Under the pieces are notes generated by a model. That model did no database searches, had not been told where the DNA came from, and saw only the letters and a list, made by a program, of their open reading frames with translations. Shown piece by piece: positions 39,401 to 48,488 of a stretch of 64,000 nucleotides of DNA (positions are counted from its first letter, which is position 1; each line of letters opens with the position of its first letter). This DNA is from Camelus dromedarius. Its lineage: Eukaryota. The translations under genes were made by a program, and so were the position numbers. The stretch is taken from positions 7,068,001-7,132,000 of the forward strand of contig NC_087436.1 in the NCBI RefSeq assembly GCF_036321535.1, written 5' to 3'.

Positions 39401-42400
39401 TTCAGGTCTTACTTCTTATTAACATATGTCAGCTTAAAATGATAATGTGGATCTTTCCAGCTGAGTTATTCTATGCCATTAAGTTCTCAGAATGAAAACT
39501 TCAGTGAAAACAAAATGACCGACTTTGCAATTTGAGGGGGAAAAAAAACATTCTTTTAAACATCATCGTAGTCATTTTTCCTAGTTTCTTTTGTAGAGAC
39601 TAATGGAGTAAAATTTATATTTAAGAGAGCTAAGCAGGGTCGAGTGGTGCCCTGATTTCAGCATCAAATTCTGGTCTCGTATAACAGTGTTTTCTTGTCT
39701 CCTCTCTAAACTCTCATTAAAGATGCTAAATTTCACTTGAATAAAAATTTGCCTTGATCTCAGTCACCTGGTCTCCCCCAGCAAATGGTTTTTCCCCACC
39801 TCAGTGGTGGCGCCTCTGGCCTGTGTATCAGTGTATTTCTGTTGGGTACATGTCAGTTGCCCGCTGTAACCTGCAGAGGCCGCTGACCTCGCTGTGTCTC
39901 CACGCAGGCTACACCCTGGCTCCCAGCGGCACTGTGGACAACTTCTCGGATTCCGGGCACAGCGAAATCTCTTCGCGATCCAGCATTGTCAGCAACTCCT
40001 CCTTTGACTCGGTGCCTGCCTCGCTGCAGGAGGAGAGGCGGCAGAGGCACTCGGTCAGCATCGTGGAGAGCGGCCTGGGCGTGGGCCGGGCGGAGCGGCG
40101 GCCAGCAGTGGAACCGGACCAGTTCAGCCTGGGGTAGGGCTCGTCTTCCTGACCTCCTGGTGCTCCACCAGCTCGGAAAACCCACCCTTCCCTCCAGCTG
40201 TGTGTGTCTGTTTACACAGGCCGAGAGATGCACCCCCACTCCAGTTCTCATGTTCAGTTTCCGGATGACTTAGTACCATGGGGAATCTTCCATCCTCCTC
40301 CTGGGATGAAAGCAGGCTGCCTTTCTGGGAAAAAGTGTTGGGTTTTATAGATTTATTCATTAACAGTCTTGCTTTTTTCCCTCTTTCTCTTCTCTCCCCT
40401 TGGTTTTTTTTTTTTTTTTTTTCTTTTCTGTGTCTTCCGACCCCCCAGGTCCTATGCCCCACTGTCAGAGGGCCGGGGCTTGTATGCCGCGGCCACAGTG
40501 ATCTCTTCTCCCAGCACCGAGGAGCTCTCCCAGGACCAGGGGGACCGGGCGTCACTGGACGCAGCCGACAGCGGCCGAGGGAGCTGGACATCGTGCTCGA
40601 GTGGCTCCCACGACAACATCCAGACCATCCAGCACCAGAGGAGCTGGGAGACGCTCCCGTTTGGACACCCTCACTTTGACTATTCTGGGGATGCTGCAGG
40701 TCTCTGGGGCACGAGCAGCCATATGGACCAAATCATGTTTTCTGATCACAGCACAAAGTACAGCAGGCAGAATCAAAGCAGAGAGAGTCTGGACCAAGCC
40801 CAGTCCCGGGCAAGCTGGGCATCTTCCACGGGGTACTGGGGAGAAGACTCGGAAGGGGACACAGGCACAATAAAGCGAAGGGGGGGTAAGGACGTCTCCA
40901 TGGACGCCGACAGCAGCAGCAGCATGCCAGCCGTGACCACGGAGGACACCAAGCCCGCCGCCGGGGTGGCCCACATAGCCGTGACGCCTGGCGCTGCCAA
41001 AGGGCTCATTGGTAAGCTGACTGCAGAGCACGGTCCCATCTGGGTGGTGGCTTTCCTCTAACTGGTTTTGCAAGTGAAGTTATTAAGTGTTTGTGGTTTT
41101 TCTTCTCATTTTGTCCCACCCATGGCTGGGTAGGGCTTCCAGATTAGCCCTGCATGGAGGACTTTGAAATGAACAGTGGTTGAGAGCCCGGGTCTTGTGG
41201 TCCAGTGCCTGTAAACAGTTTCCAGTACAGTAAACCTTAAGTGCACTTTAGCTGTTGACGTCAGTAGGTTGTCATCACCGGTATTATCTGGTCTAATATT
41301 GATCTTCCCAGATGAAGATTATCAGGAAGGATGGCCAATCCTCTCTAGAGGAAGAATTTTTTGTTTAACTGGAGCAGTTTTAACTGTTTCATTTTTCTCT
41401 TCTGTTCTCTTGAGTTGTATTTAGAACTTTATACCTTGCATATTTAAAAATCTTCCATTGATGTTTGTTATGCAGCTAAATTGTTTCTGTGCTAAACAAA
41501 TTCTCCCTGCACACGACCGAACGAGGGTGAGGGGCCTGAGAGAGAATGCAGTCAGGGCTCGGAAGTCAGGCAGGTGGGGGCTTGAACCCCTGCTTTGCCA
41601 TTTCCTCACTTTGTGACAGTGGGTGGGGCACTCAGCTGTGTCTGTTTCCCCATCTGTAAAATGGGCTTCATAATTTGTACCAATCCAGCTGGTGTGAGGA
41701 CTTAAGGAACTCTGCAGAGCACTCAGAGCACCAGCGCCTGGATAAGAATTCTTAAGTACACAGAACACTGTCACCTTGCTGATGCTGTTTCTCTTGAGAA
41801 GTCTCTTATGGTTCCTTAATCTCCTCGGGATAAACTCTCTGGCATGTTCAGCATCTAATTGAATAGCAGGGCTACACTATAGGCTATAGAGTGAGAAGTT
41901 CCAGGCTCTAACCTTTACAGAGATCACTTTTATTAGTAGGGAGATTGCAGTTATTTTATCATGCAAATAGTCACGGGTGGCTGTCAAATTTAATATCCTT
42001 TCAAGATGAATAAGGAGACAACAGTTAATACCTATTCTTAGGTCGTGATTTTTAAAGCACTTTCTTTTTCTTTTTATTTTGACATATAGTTGATTAACAA
42101 TATTGTGCTAGTTTCAGGTGTACAGTAAAGTGATTCAGTTACATATATTTTTTCAGATTATTTTCCATTATAGGTTATTATAAGATATTGAATATAGTTC
42201 CCTGTGCTGTACAGTAAATCCTTGTTGTTTATTCTATATATAATAGTTTGTATCTGTTGGTCCCAAACTAATTTATCCCTCTGCCATCTTCCCCCTCTGG
42301 TAACCGTAAGTTCGTTTTCTATGTCAGTGAGTCTGTTTCTGTTTTGTAAGTAAGTTCATTTGTATCATATTTCAGATTCCACATATAAGTGATATTATAT

Positions 42401-44373
42401 GGTATTTGTCTTTCTCTGTCTGACTTTCTTCACTTAGTATGATCATCTCTGGGTCCATCCATGTTGCTGCAAATAGCATTGTTTCACTTTTTATGGCTGA
42501 GTAGTATACATACATCACACCTTCTTTATCCAGTCATCTGTCCATGGGAAGGATTTTAAGGAAAATACGTACCTTACATATACACAGTTTAGAATTTTTA
42601 GGTTTGCATCAAAAGTTCTGTCCTACTTTTCCAAATTGTTTTCGCAAATGAAGCCCAAGACCTGAAAGCACCATGGACTGGCCCCTCTGTCTGGTGAGGG
42701 GCACGAAGTGCCCAGTGAAGAGGGACCGCCTGCCTGGCCTGGAGGGGAGGGAGAGAGGAAGGAACCTTCACTGGGCACCCGTCACAGGTTCCAGGCGTGG
42801 AACTGGCTGTCTTCTTATCTCTTTTTGCCATAAACCGATAAACTGCAGGGTTGGGTGTCAGCCTGGTTACCACTCTACAGGTGCAGACGCTTTGCAGCCC
42901 TCGGTTTAGAGCTCCAGGTCTCCCCCGTTGGGTTATCCCCTCCCACGGAGATGACCGCGGTGAATAGTTGTTCAGTGAAGTCCTTTCCCTGCCCGCACCT
43001 CTCGACCCGTTCCACTGTGTGCTGTCGTAGCGCTGATTTTCTTCATTCCAGTAACGGGGCCAAGATGCTCTCCCATGCGGTCCTAACGCTCTGCCTTGTC
43101 TTCACTGCAGCGCGGAAGGAGGGCCGGTACCGGGAGCCCCCGCCCACCCCACCGGGCTACGTGGGCATCCCCATCACCGACTTCCCCGAGGGGCCGCCGC
43201 ACCCGGCCCGGAAGCCCCCGGACTACACCGTGGCCCTGCAGCGCTCCCGGATGCTGGCCCGGCCGCCGGACCCCGCGGCCCCCGCCCCGCAGCCGCCCGC
43301 GCCCCATGGTGGTGGCCGGCCCGCCCCCCGGCCGCAGTGGCACCGGCCTGGCGACGGGGACCTGCGCCTCGGCCCGCATGCGGGCCCGGGCTTCTCCGCT
43401 GAGGAGGACGGTACATGCCCTTTCCCCGTGGCCTCTGCGCCCTTGGGGGCCCCTCGGGGGTGGGGGGCCAGGTTCGGGGTTGCAGTCGTGGCCCGCTCTT
43501 CTGTCCGGGGGGTTTCGTTTTGCTTGGTCCTCTGCGGCTCAGGAAATAACTCAAGGCCGCAGAGGGGTCACTTGTAGCCGAGGGTGTGCATGGCTGGGTT
43601 TACTCCTCGTTCTCGGCTCTCTGTGGAAATGCTGTGTTGCAGGCTTAGTAGTTCCCAGCGAAGCGCTGATAAAGAAATCCGCTCCTCTCTAACATTTTTG
43701 CCTCCTCTGGCCGAGATGGCCGTGCTGGGAGCAGCGGGAGCCATGCTGCCCCGACCCCACTTCCTGTTTTAGGTTTAACATGTTTTATAATGCAAATAAT
43801 CATTATAGAAAAAAGCAAACACAATGAAAATTACGTAGAATCCTGCCGCTTGCAGGCTAACCCTGTTAACGTTTTGTTACATATCCTTCTAGACTTTTTT
43901 TTTCCTACCCCTTTTAATCTTTTTTTTTTTTTTAAATGGAGGTACTGGGGGTTGAACCCAGGACCTGGTGCATGCTAAGCACGTACTCTACCTCTGAGCT
44001 ATACCCTCCCCACTCCCAGACCTTTTTATGTGTATGCAGTATATATTATTAAAAAGTCACAGGCTGTTTTATAACTTTTTTCCAGGGAATTTATCATTAA
44101 TACATTTCCAATCAGTAAATATACAAGGTATATATATTTAAAGATGTGCTCCATCTGTATTTTAAACCTTTTTTATTGTTACTAATCATTATGTAGGAAA
44201 AGAGAAGATTTTAAGTGACCTATACTAAAAAAAAATAGTATTTTTATATAGTGCATCAGGGTTGTGTTCTCTCTAAGCACAAGAACCGATGTGCTCGCTC
44301 ATTGAGTTTCTTTTCTTTTCTTTTTCCTTCCGCGGTTATGTTGACAGAAGATGAGCAAGTGTCTGCTGTTTGA
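6267..44373 (+). CDS. RAPGEF2: RAPGEF2 (PDZ-GEF1), spliced, 5'-partial; 22 coding exons in window, 4302 nt
   Basis: Joined exons read [72 protein letters not shown]...[11 protein letters not shown], recognisable as RAPGEF2. All introns are GT-AG and splice phases keep the frame; earlier exons lie upstream of the window. Confidence 0.98.
11381..11540 (+). mobile_element. tRNA-Ala-derived SINE (camelid Vic-1-like)
   Basis: ggggagggtatggctcagtaatagagc...gggttcaatcctcagtacctcc (A and B boxes), A-rich tail; TSD aagaacagagaccacag (11362-11378) / aagaatagataccacag (11539-11555). Confidence 0.88.
12258..12394 (+). CDS. RAPGEF2: RAPGEF2 exon (start of cyclic-nucleotide-binding-like domain, [13 protein letters not shown]...NDGEE)
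   Basis: ttttcag|AA acceptor, GAG|gtgcgg donor; 137 nt. Confidence 0.96.
12954..13112 (+). CDS. RAPGEF2: RAPGEF2 exon (CNB-like, [19 protein letters not shown]...KVDDCQ)
   Basis: gccag|CTG acceptor, CAG|gtataa donor; 159 nt; not in the ORF track, translated manually. Confidence 0.95.
17867..18019 (+). CDS. RAPGEF2: RAPGEF2 exon ([19 protein letters not shown]...GHIVIK)
   Basis: ttccag|TTT acceptor, AAG|gtagga donor; 153 nt. Confidence 0.96.
18278..18442 (+). CDS. RAPGEF2: RAPGEF2 exon (REM domain, [14 protein letters not shown]...PSLRDK)
   Basis: ttacag|GGC acceptor, AAG|gttgga donor; 165 nt. Confidence 0.96.
19144..19659 (-). mobile_element. Solo ERV LTR (ERV1-like, artiodactyl type), antisense to the gene
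   Basis: TG...CA termini (tgttgc...gttaca), ~516 bp; minus-strand AATAAA (tttatt ~19227); resembles LTRs recalled from bovid/cetartiodactyl genomes. Confidence 0.7.
20509..20530. repeat. (TG)11 microsatellite
   Basis: Direct read of tandem TG. Confidence 0.9.
20946..21084 (-). mobile_element. tRNA-Ala-derived SINE (Vic-1-like)
   Basis: Reverse complement head ggaggtactggggattggacccaggacc...ctgagctataccctcccc with poly-T upstream. Confidence 0.88.
21238..21345 (+). CDS. RAPGEF2: RAPGEF2 exon (REM domain, [19 protein letters not shown]...NLERE)
   Basis: ttttcag|GTT acceptor, GAG|gtaata donor; 108 nt. Confidence 0.96.
21435..21638 (+). CDS. RAPGEF2: RAPGEF2 exon (PDZ domain N-part, KMGGHLRLL...GFGIFVDSV...LKRGDQ)
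   Basis: ttgtag|AAA acceptor, CAG|gtacgg donor; 204 nt. Confidence 0.96.
21739..21847 (+). CDS. RAPGEF2: RAPGEF2 exon (PDZ domain C-part, [24 protein letters not shown]...TNLF)
   Basis: ttctag|ATA acceptor, TTTG|gtaagt donor; 109 nt. Confidence 0.96.
21926..22103 (-). mobile_element. tRNA-Ala-derived SINE (Vic-1-like)
   Basis: ggaggaactggggactgaacccaggacc...ctgagctgtttccctcccc; TSD ttacatttaggtttt at 21911-21925 and 22107-22121. Confidence 0.88.
22512..22758 (+). CDS. RAPGEF2: RAPGEF2 exon ([22 protein letters not shown]...ILPQKPY)
   Basis: ttttcag|TA acceptor, TATAA|gtaagt donor; 247 nt. Confidence 0.96.
26354..26511 (+). CDS. RAPGEF2: RAPGEF2 exon ([16 protein letters not shown]...LDFSTTP)
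   Basis: gtccag|C acceptor, CCAG|gtgagc donor; 158 nt. Confidence 0.96.
27135..27375 (+). CDS. RAPGEF2: RAPGEF2 exon (Ras-association domain, [15 protein letters not shown]...RIQLSG)
   Basis: ccccag|AC acceptor, GGAAG|gtacac donor; 241 nt. Confidence 0.96.
29294..29677 (+). CDS. RAPGEF2: RAPGEF2 exon (end of RA and start of CDC25/RasGEF domain, [11 protein letters not shown]...[10 protein letters not shown])
   Basis: ccccag|G acceptor, ATCAG|gtagga donor; 384 nt; RasGEF motif [14 protein letters not shown] spans the junction. Confidence 0.97.
29964..30140 (+). mobile_element. tRNA-Ala-derived SINE (Vic-1-like)
   Basis: gggggagggtatagctcagcagtagag...ggtcctgggttcaatccccagtacctcc; TSD taaaatctct (29950-29959 / 30137-30146). 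Confidence 0.9.
30748..30897 (-). mobile_element. Severely 5'-truncated L1 3' end
   Basis: ttttaattgaagtctagttgat...tttcaggtgtacagcaaagtga...ccctgtgctgtacagtaagtcctt; TSD acccagaatta (30732-30742 / 30898-30908). Confidence 0.8.
31064..31275 (+). CDS. RAPGEF2: RAPGEF2 exon (CDC25 domain, [11 protein letters not shown]...[19 protein letters not shown])
   Basis: gctcag|C acceptor, GAAG|gtaaaa donor; 212 nt. Confidence 0.97.
31367..31490 (+). CDS. RAPGEF2: RAPGEF2 exon (CDC25 domain, [25 protein letters not shown]...MFRT)
   Basis: tttcag|GA acceptor, CCCG|gtgagt donor; 124 nt. Confidence 0.96.
32078..32101 (+). CDS. RAPGEF2: RAPGEF2 24-nt microexon (R)KKKWRSL(G)
   Basis: cttacag|GAAGAAGAAATGGAGGAGTCTGGG|gtaagt; symmetric phase 2; matches the [16 protein letters not shown] segment recalled from RAPGEF2. 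Confidence 0.92.
33080..33770. other. GC/CpG-rich intragenic patch over exon 33157-33380 and the following intron
   Basis: Visibly dense CG dinucleotides and G/C runs against the AT-rich flanks; not computed. Confidence 0.55.
33157..33380 (+). CDS. RAPGEF2: RAPGEF2 exon ([15 protein letters not shown]...[21 protein letters not shown]...CEPATST)
   Basis: ttccag|G acceptor, ACGT|gtgagt donor; 224 nt. Confidence 0.95.
33945..34137 (+). mobile_element. MIR SINE
   Basis: MIR core: tgtcaccttgggcaggtcactgagctccccaaacctcagctgctttacatgtaaattgaag. Confidence 0.7.
34722..34928 (+). CDS. RAPGEF2: RAPGEF2 exon ([17 protein letters not shown]...VKDLPPF)
   Basis: gatcag|TG acceptor with branch-point-like CACTAAC at ~34672, TTCG|gtaggt donor; 207 nt. 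Confidence 0.94.
35430..35585 (+). mobile_element. tRNA-Ala-derived SINE (Vic-1-like)
   Basis: ggggagggtggagctcagtggtcgagcatgtgcttagcatgcacgaggtcctgggttcc...; A-rich tail. Confidence 0.88.
37200..37352 (-). mobile_element. tRNA-Ala-derived SINE (Vic-1-like)
   Basis: Poly-T, then ggaggtactgggggttgaatctaggacc...ctgagctacacccc; flanking attgtct repeat. Confidence 0.87.
37663..37815 (+). CDS. RAPGEF2: RAPGEF2 exon ([18 protein letters not shown]...QSSPRK)
   Basis: ttctag|GC acceptor, AAAG|gtaggc donor; 153 nt. Confidence 0.96.
39908..40133 (+). CDS. RAPGEF2: RAPGEF2 exon ([23 protein letters not shown]...DQFSL)
   Basis: acgcag|GC acceptor, CTGGG|gtaggg donor; 226 nt. Confidence 0.95.
40449..41011 (+). 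CDS. RAPGEF2: RAPGEF2 exon ([11 protein letters not shown]...DSGRGS degron...AKGLI)
   Basis: long pyrimidine tract then ccccag|G acceptor, ATTG|gtaagc donor; 563 nt. Confidence 0.96.
41545..41755 (+). mobile_element. MIR SINE
   Basis: tctgtttccccatctgtaaaatggg...tgtgaggacttaa...gcactcagagcaccagcgcctgg. Confidence 0.7.
42061..42548 (-). mobile_element. L1 3' end fragment
   Basis: Typical laurasiatherian L1 3'UTR: gtttcaggtgtacagtaaagtgattcag...gattccacatataagtgat...tccatccatgttgctgcaaatagcatt...cagtcatctgtcc. Confidence 0.85.
43100..43580. other. GC/CpG-rich patch over the penultimate exon
   Basis: Visibly very high GC and CG density; not computed. Confidence 0.6.
43111..43410 (+). CDS. RAPGEF2: RAPGEF2 penultimate exon ([17 protein letters not shown]...KPPDY...SAEED)
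   Basis: ctgcag|CG acceptor, GACG|gtacat donor; 300 nt; PPGY at 43149-43160 and PPDY at 43215-43226. Confidence 0.95.
43896..44011 (-). mobile_element. tRNA-Ala-derived SINE (Vic-1-like), in last intron
   Basis: ggaggtactgggggttgaacccaggacc...ctgagctataccctcccc. Confidence 0.87.
44348..44373 (+). CDS. RAPGEF2: RAPGEF2 last coding exon (EDEQVSAV*), class I PDZ-binding C-terminus
   Basis: ttgacag|AAGATGAGCAAGTGTCTGCTGTTTGA. Confidence 0.95.
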
Positions 44374-46350
44374 GGCTCGGGCGTCTCCGGGCCGGAGCCG
44401 CCGCCCGAAGGGGAGGGCAGGAAGACGCCCCGGCGTCGCGGCCGTGGGACTCACACTCCGAGGACGGTGGACCAGTTTGCCTCCTTCCCTGCCTTAAAAG
44501 CAGCATGGGGCTTCTTCCCCCCTCGTACTGTCCCCTTTGCATGTGAAATACTGTGAAGAAACCGCCCTGGCACTTTTCCGACTTTGTTGCTTGAATGCAC
44601 AGCGCCGCGGTCTCCGAGCTCCCGCCTGCCGCGCCCCACAGACTCCGACATCCCGACTCCGAGAGCGTCTCCGCGCCGGAAGGATCTGGAGCGTCTTCCT
44701 CTCAGATTTCAATCCAGTCCTAGCACGTGGTTGCATTGGCATCATGAGAACGGCGAGCCACCGGACACTGAGGGCCTTTAACCCTCCAAGGAAGACAGAG
44801 ACACAGTGACATCCTTTGAGAACTATGCTCGTCCACTTGTTTACAATGTCCTCTTTTTTTTTTTTTTTAATGAGTTTAAAGATTATGTTCAGAGAGTAAA
44901 TGTTATATCCATCTGATTACAGTATTATTTTGAACCTTTAAGTAGGGTTGCCAGCCCAGGCGGGTGACTAAAAAAACCAAATATGCCTGGCAGGGTGTGG
45001 TCCCCACCCCAACCCCCAGAGCAAGGAAGACCCAGCCTACAGCCCATCTTCCTGGGTCCCAGTGGCTGTGCCCGGCAAGTGCCCTGTCCTTGAAGCAGGA
45101 GGTGTTAGCCAGTCCCTTAGATCCCGGGGTCCGGTCCACCCCTTCCCCAGCAGCCGGGGCCCACCTGCCGGCACACTGTTTGCACATGGCCCGGGGAGGG
45201 AGCTGGGACTCCGTTGTCCCGTGTCTGAGCCTTACGGAGCACAGGGCGGTGTCACTTGAGGACGCATCCTGTGCCATCGAGAGGGACGGCCAACCCCACG
45301 TCTTTTAAATTATGTTCCTTTGCTTTCTGTTGACTTAGTTTTAGGGACTCTTTTGTTTGTTTCTAAAGAGAAACGTTGATAACTGGAGAGCACGGCAGTG
45401 AAAGCGGCTGGGATGCCGTGCGGACACCAGCTGTCAACGCTGCTCTTAGGGGACGGCCTCCCGGTTCGGAATGGACGCCTTTAACAAGAGAAAGATCAGA
45501 AGCTCAAACGCCTGGTAAGATACACCAGCCTTCGCGAGGTGGGTTAGTCACCAAAGACTAACCTGTGAGTGGCTTTCTGGACGCTGAGACAGCGAAGGCC
45601 TCAGTGGCAGCCGCCCGCTCACAGCTGCTATTCACCCCACGCCGACGACCGAAGTCACCCCTCCTCTCTATCTTTTGTTGTTTTTGCACAGACTCCGGAA
45701 AAGTGAAGGCTGCCAATCCGAGTAGTACTCAAATGTGAGGAACTGCTGGTCTTGGATTTTTTTTTCCCCATTAAATTCAGCTGATCATATTGATCAGTAG
45801 ATAAACGTAAATAGCTTCCGATTGTAAAAGTCGAATTGCAGTGTTTTTTCACTGTATCCAACACTCGTCAGTGCTTTATTTAATAATTCTCTTCTGTATC
45901 ATGGCATTCGTCGACCTGCTCACCTGCCACGTCGTCAGTTACGCATTTGTAATCTCACGTGTAATAGGCATCGCTGGCCACTTTCCTTACGTAGGCTGTG
46001 GACCTCATGTGCAGATAGAAAGACAGAAACCTGGCTCTTCCACAAGTTGCACAAACGTTACCTAAGCATCCAGTAATCGTAGAACCTAGGACTGTAAGCT
46101 CAGTTCGCTCCGTGATGTCAAGTGCAGACTGTACAGTTAACTGGTCACCTCCTCGTACTTTTGATACTACTTGTCCCTGTATGTCTTTTAGAAAGACATT
46201 GGTGGAGTCTGTATCCCTTTTGTATTTTTAATACAATAATTGTACATATTGGTTATATTTTTGTTGAAAATGGTAGAAATGTACTATGTTTATGCTTTTA
46301 CATCCAGTTTGTACAAGCTGGAAAATAAATAAATATAACATAAAACCTTG
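44374..46350 (+). other. RAPGEF2: RAPGEF2 3'UTR (~2 kb)
   Basis: Follows the stop codon and shows no obvious interspersed repeat; AU/UGUA-rich end leading to AATAAA; 3' boundary approximate. Confidence 0.8.
46324..46333 (+). terminator. Polyadenylation signal (two overlapping AATAAA)
   Basis: AATAAATAAA, with multiple upstream TGTA elements (46210-46315) and a downstream U-rich tract (~46377-46389). Confidence 0.85.
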
Positions 46351-48027
46351 CCTATATTCTTAGTGACTCGTGCATGCTTTTTCTTATTGAGGAAATGGAG
46401 CCCTCAGGTCTCACTGCAGGAGCAGGCCCCAGGGCGCTGAGGAGATGGGCACAATTTAGCCTAAAAACTGCCTGAATAGTCTATCCTTTTAGGTGGCTTT
46501 TCAGAGAAAAGAAATTGGTGTATTAACATTGACAGCAACCAAACCATGTCCAGGGTTCATCATGTCTCTTGAGATTCAGTGAAAAATGATGATTATCACT
46601 ATTTACATAGCATTTGTCTCTTCCCAACCCTTTTCCAATAAAATTCTCTGTGGGACATACTATTTTGACTCCCAGTATACATGCTGAGAAACCGGCTCTC
46701 AGAGAACTTAAACTGACATTTAAGGTCATGACCACTACGTTAACAGTACAGTCCGGCGAGTGACTTGGAACTTGTAATTAGCACATCAAAGATCACTCTT
46801 CTGTCTATGAGTCCTAAGGTGTAGTAAGTTGGAAGAATATTTCGGTCTGTTAGAAGGGCACTTTTATTTAATAAGGTAAGAATCAGTTAAGCAGCAACCC
46901 ATTTGAGCACATTCTGAAATCAAGGACTATTTCTTTCCCTGGAACAGGTGTAAATGAAAGCCCCACCATCAATCACCAGGAAGCTTCGGGTGGAGCGTAT
47001 GGAAACACCTGCACAAAATGGGAGGGGTCGTGAGGGAGCCTCGAAAGGAGTCAGGAGCTCAGTCCTGCTGCCAAAGGGAAGATGGCCAAACCTAAAACCC
47101 TTCCTGGCACATCTGTGTGATGGTGGTAAATTTGGAAAATCTGGCCACCAGAACAATGGGGAGAATTAACACCATTCCAGGAGCTTCAGCCGGACCTTCA
47201 AAAATGCCGGTGCCAGGGTACCTGTGCCCCCTCCCTCATGTTCACTCCAGAGCTCTTCGCTCAGGGAACCCCTGTCCAAACAGCCACCTCTGTGCTCCTT
47301 AAATTTCTGTCATTCAGAAAGCTTAACATTCTCAGATGTGTTCTGAAAAATACTTAGGAGCTGCTGTTCAAAGAATAACCTCTTCACCACTTTTTGTATT
47401 CTGCTAAAAATACAGGAAAATGGCAAACCAACCATGATGGGTATTCTTACCTGTTTATGTTTCAGGTTACCTTTAAATAGCAAAGATTTGTCTCCACTTC
47501 AGGGTTGTAAGAAGGCCGTGTTCATCAGGTGCCATCAGTGCCAGTGACAGAGCTTCCTCTGTGTCTTGTTAATGACAGAACTTTGCCGAGTTTGAGGCGT
47601 GTGGCAAAAAGTGTTGGGGACCCCCTAGTCCTCTCCTCCCTAATCAAAAAGGCCAACCAGACCTAATTCTGTTTTCACATGTGCACCTGAAAGCCTCCAA
47701 CGATTTCCCTCCGCTTTAATCCAGTCCTCCTCCTGGGAGGCGTAGAGTTTATGCTCATCTCTACTTTAATACGTTTTATCTCCAGGTCACTGATCATCTC
47801 TCTCAAAATGTTCTGGAAGGATGTGAGCTGCTGAGAAAGCCAGTGTCAACACACACAGTAGGTCTGTGTGCTCATGGTTTCCCTGTGGCGTGATGACACT
47901 GACATTCCTGCCGAAGAGAAGGGCGAAGCCCTCTGAGTCCTTGGTTCCCCGATCTTGTTCTCTTTTAAAAATGAGTAAAGGACATGCAGCACTGAGGGGT
48001 CAAGTTGTTTGTTTTGTTTCTGATAAC

Positions 48028-48488
48028 TTTTATTTTTATTTTATTTTTAACACCTTTATTGTGGTATGATTCCTGTACAGAAAACTACAGATGTACATTC
48101 TGATGAATTTTGATAGGTGTTTACACCCATGAAACCACCACCATGCTGAAGATAGCTAACATTTCCATCACTCCGGAAGAGGTGCAATTTTCAAATTCCC
48201 AATTTATCCCTTCCCACCCCCGCCCCTTCAATTCCTGGTAACCATAAGTTTGTTTTCTGTATCTGAGTCTGTTTCTGTTTTGTAAATAAGTTTGTCTTCT
48301 TTTTAGATTCCACATATGAGTGATGTCATATGGAATTTTTCTTTCTCTTTCTGACTTACTTCACTTAGAATGATGATCTCCAGGTCCATCCATGTTTCTG
48401 CAAATGGCATTATTCTATTTTTTATGGCTGAGTAGTATTCCATTGTATAAATATACCACAACTTCAGTCATCTGTCGATGGACATTTG
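48028..48488 (-). mobile_element. Composite L1 3'-end fragments (older L1M-type followed by a younger L1 segment)
   Basis: acacccatgaaaccaccacc...aacatttccatcactcc, then tagattccacatatgagtgat...catctgtcgatggacattt. Confidence 0.7.

Noticed and set aside
40124..41073. Long antisense or alternate-frame ORFs overlapping exons (e.g. 40552-41073 -, 43096-43692 +, 33032-33427 -)
   Set aside because: Shadows of GC-rich coding exons with few stop codons; no independent gene signals.
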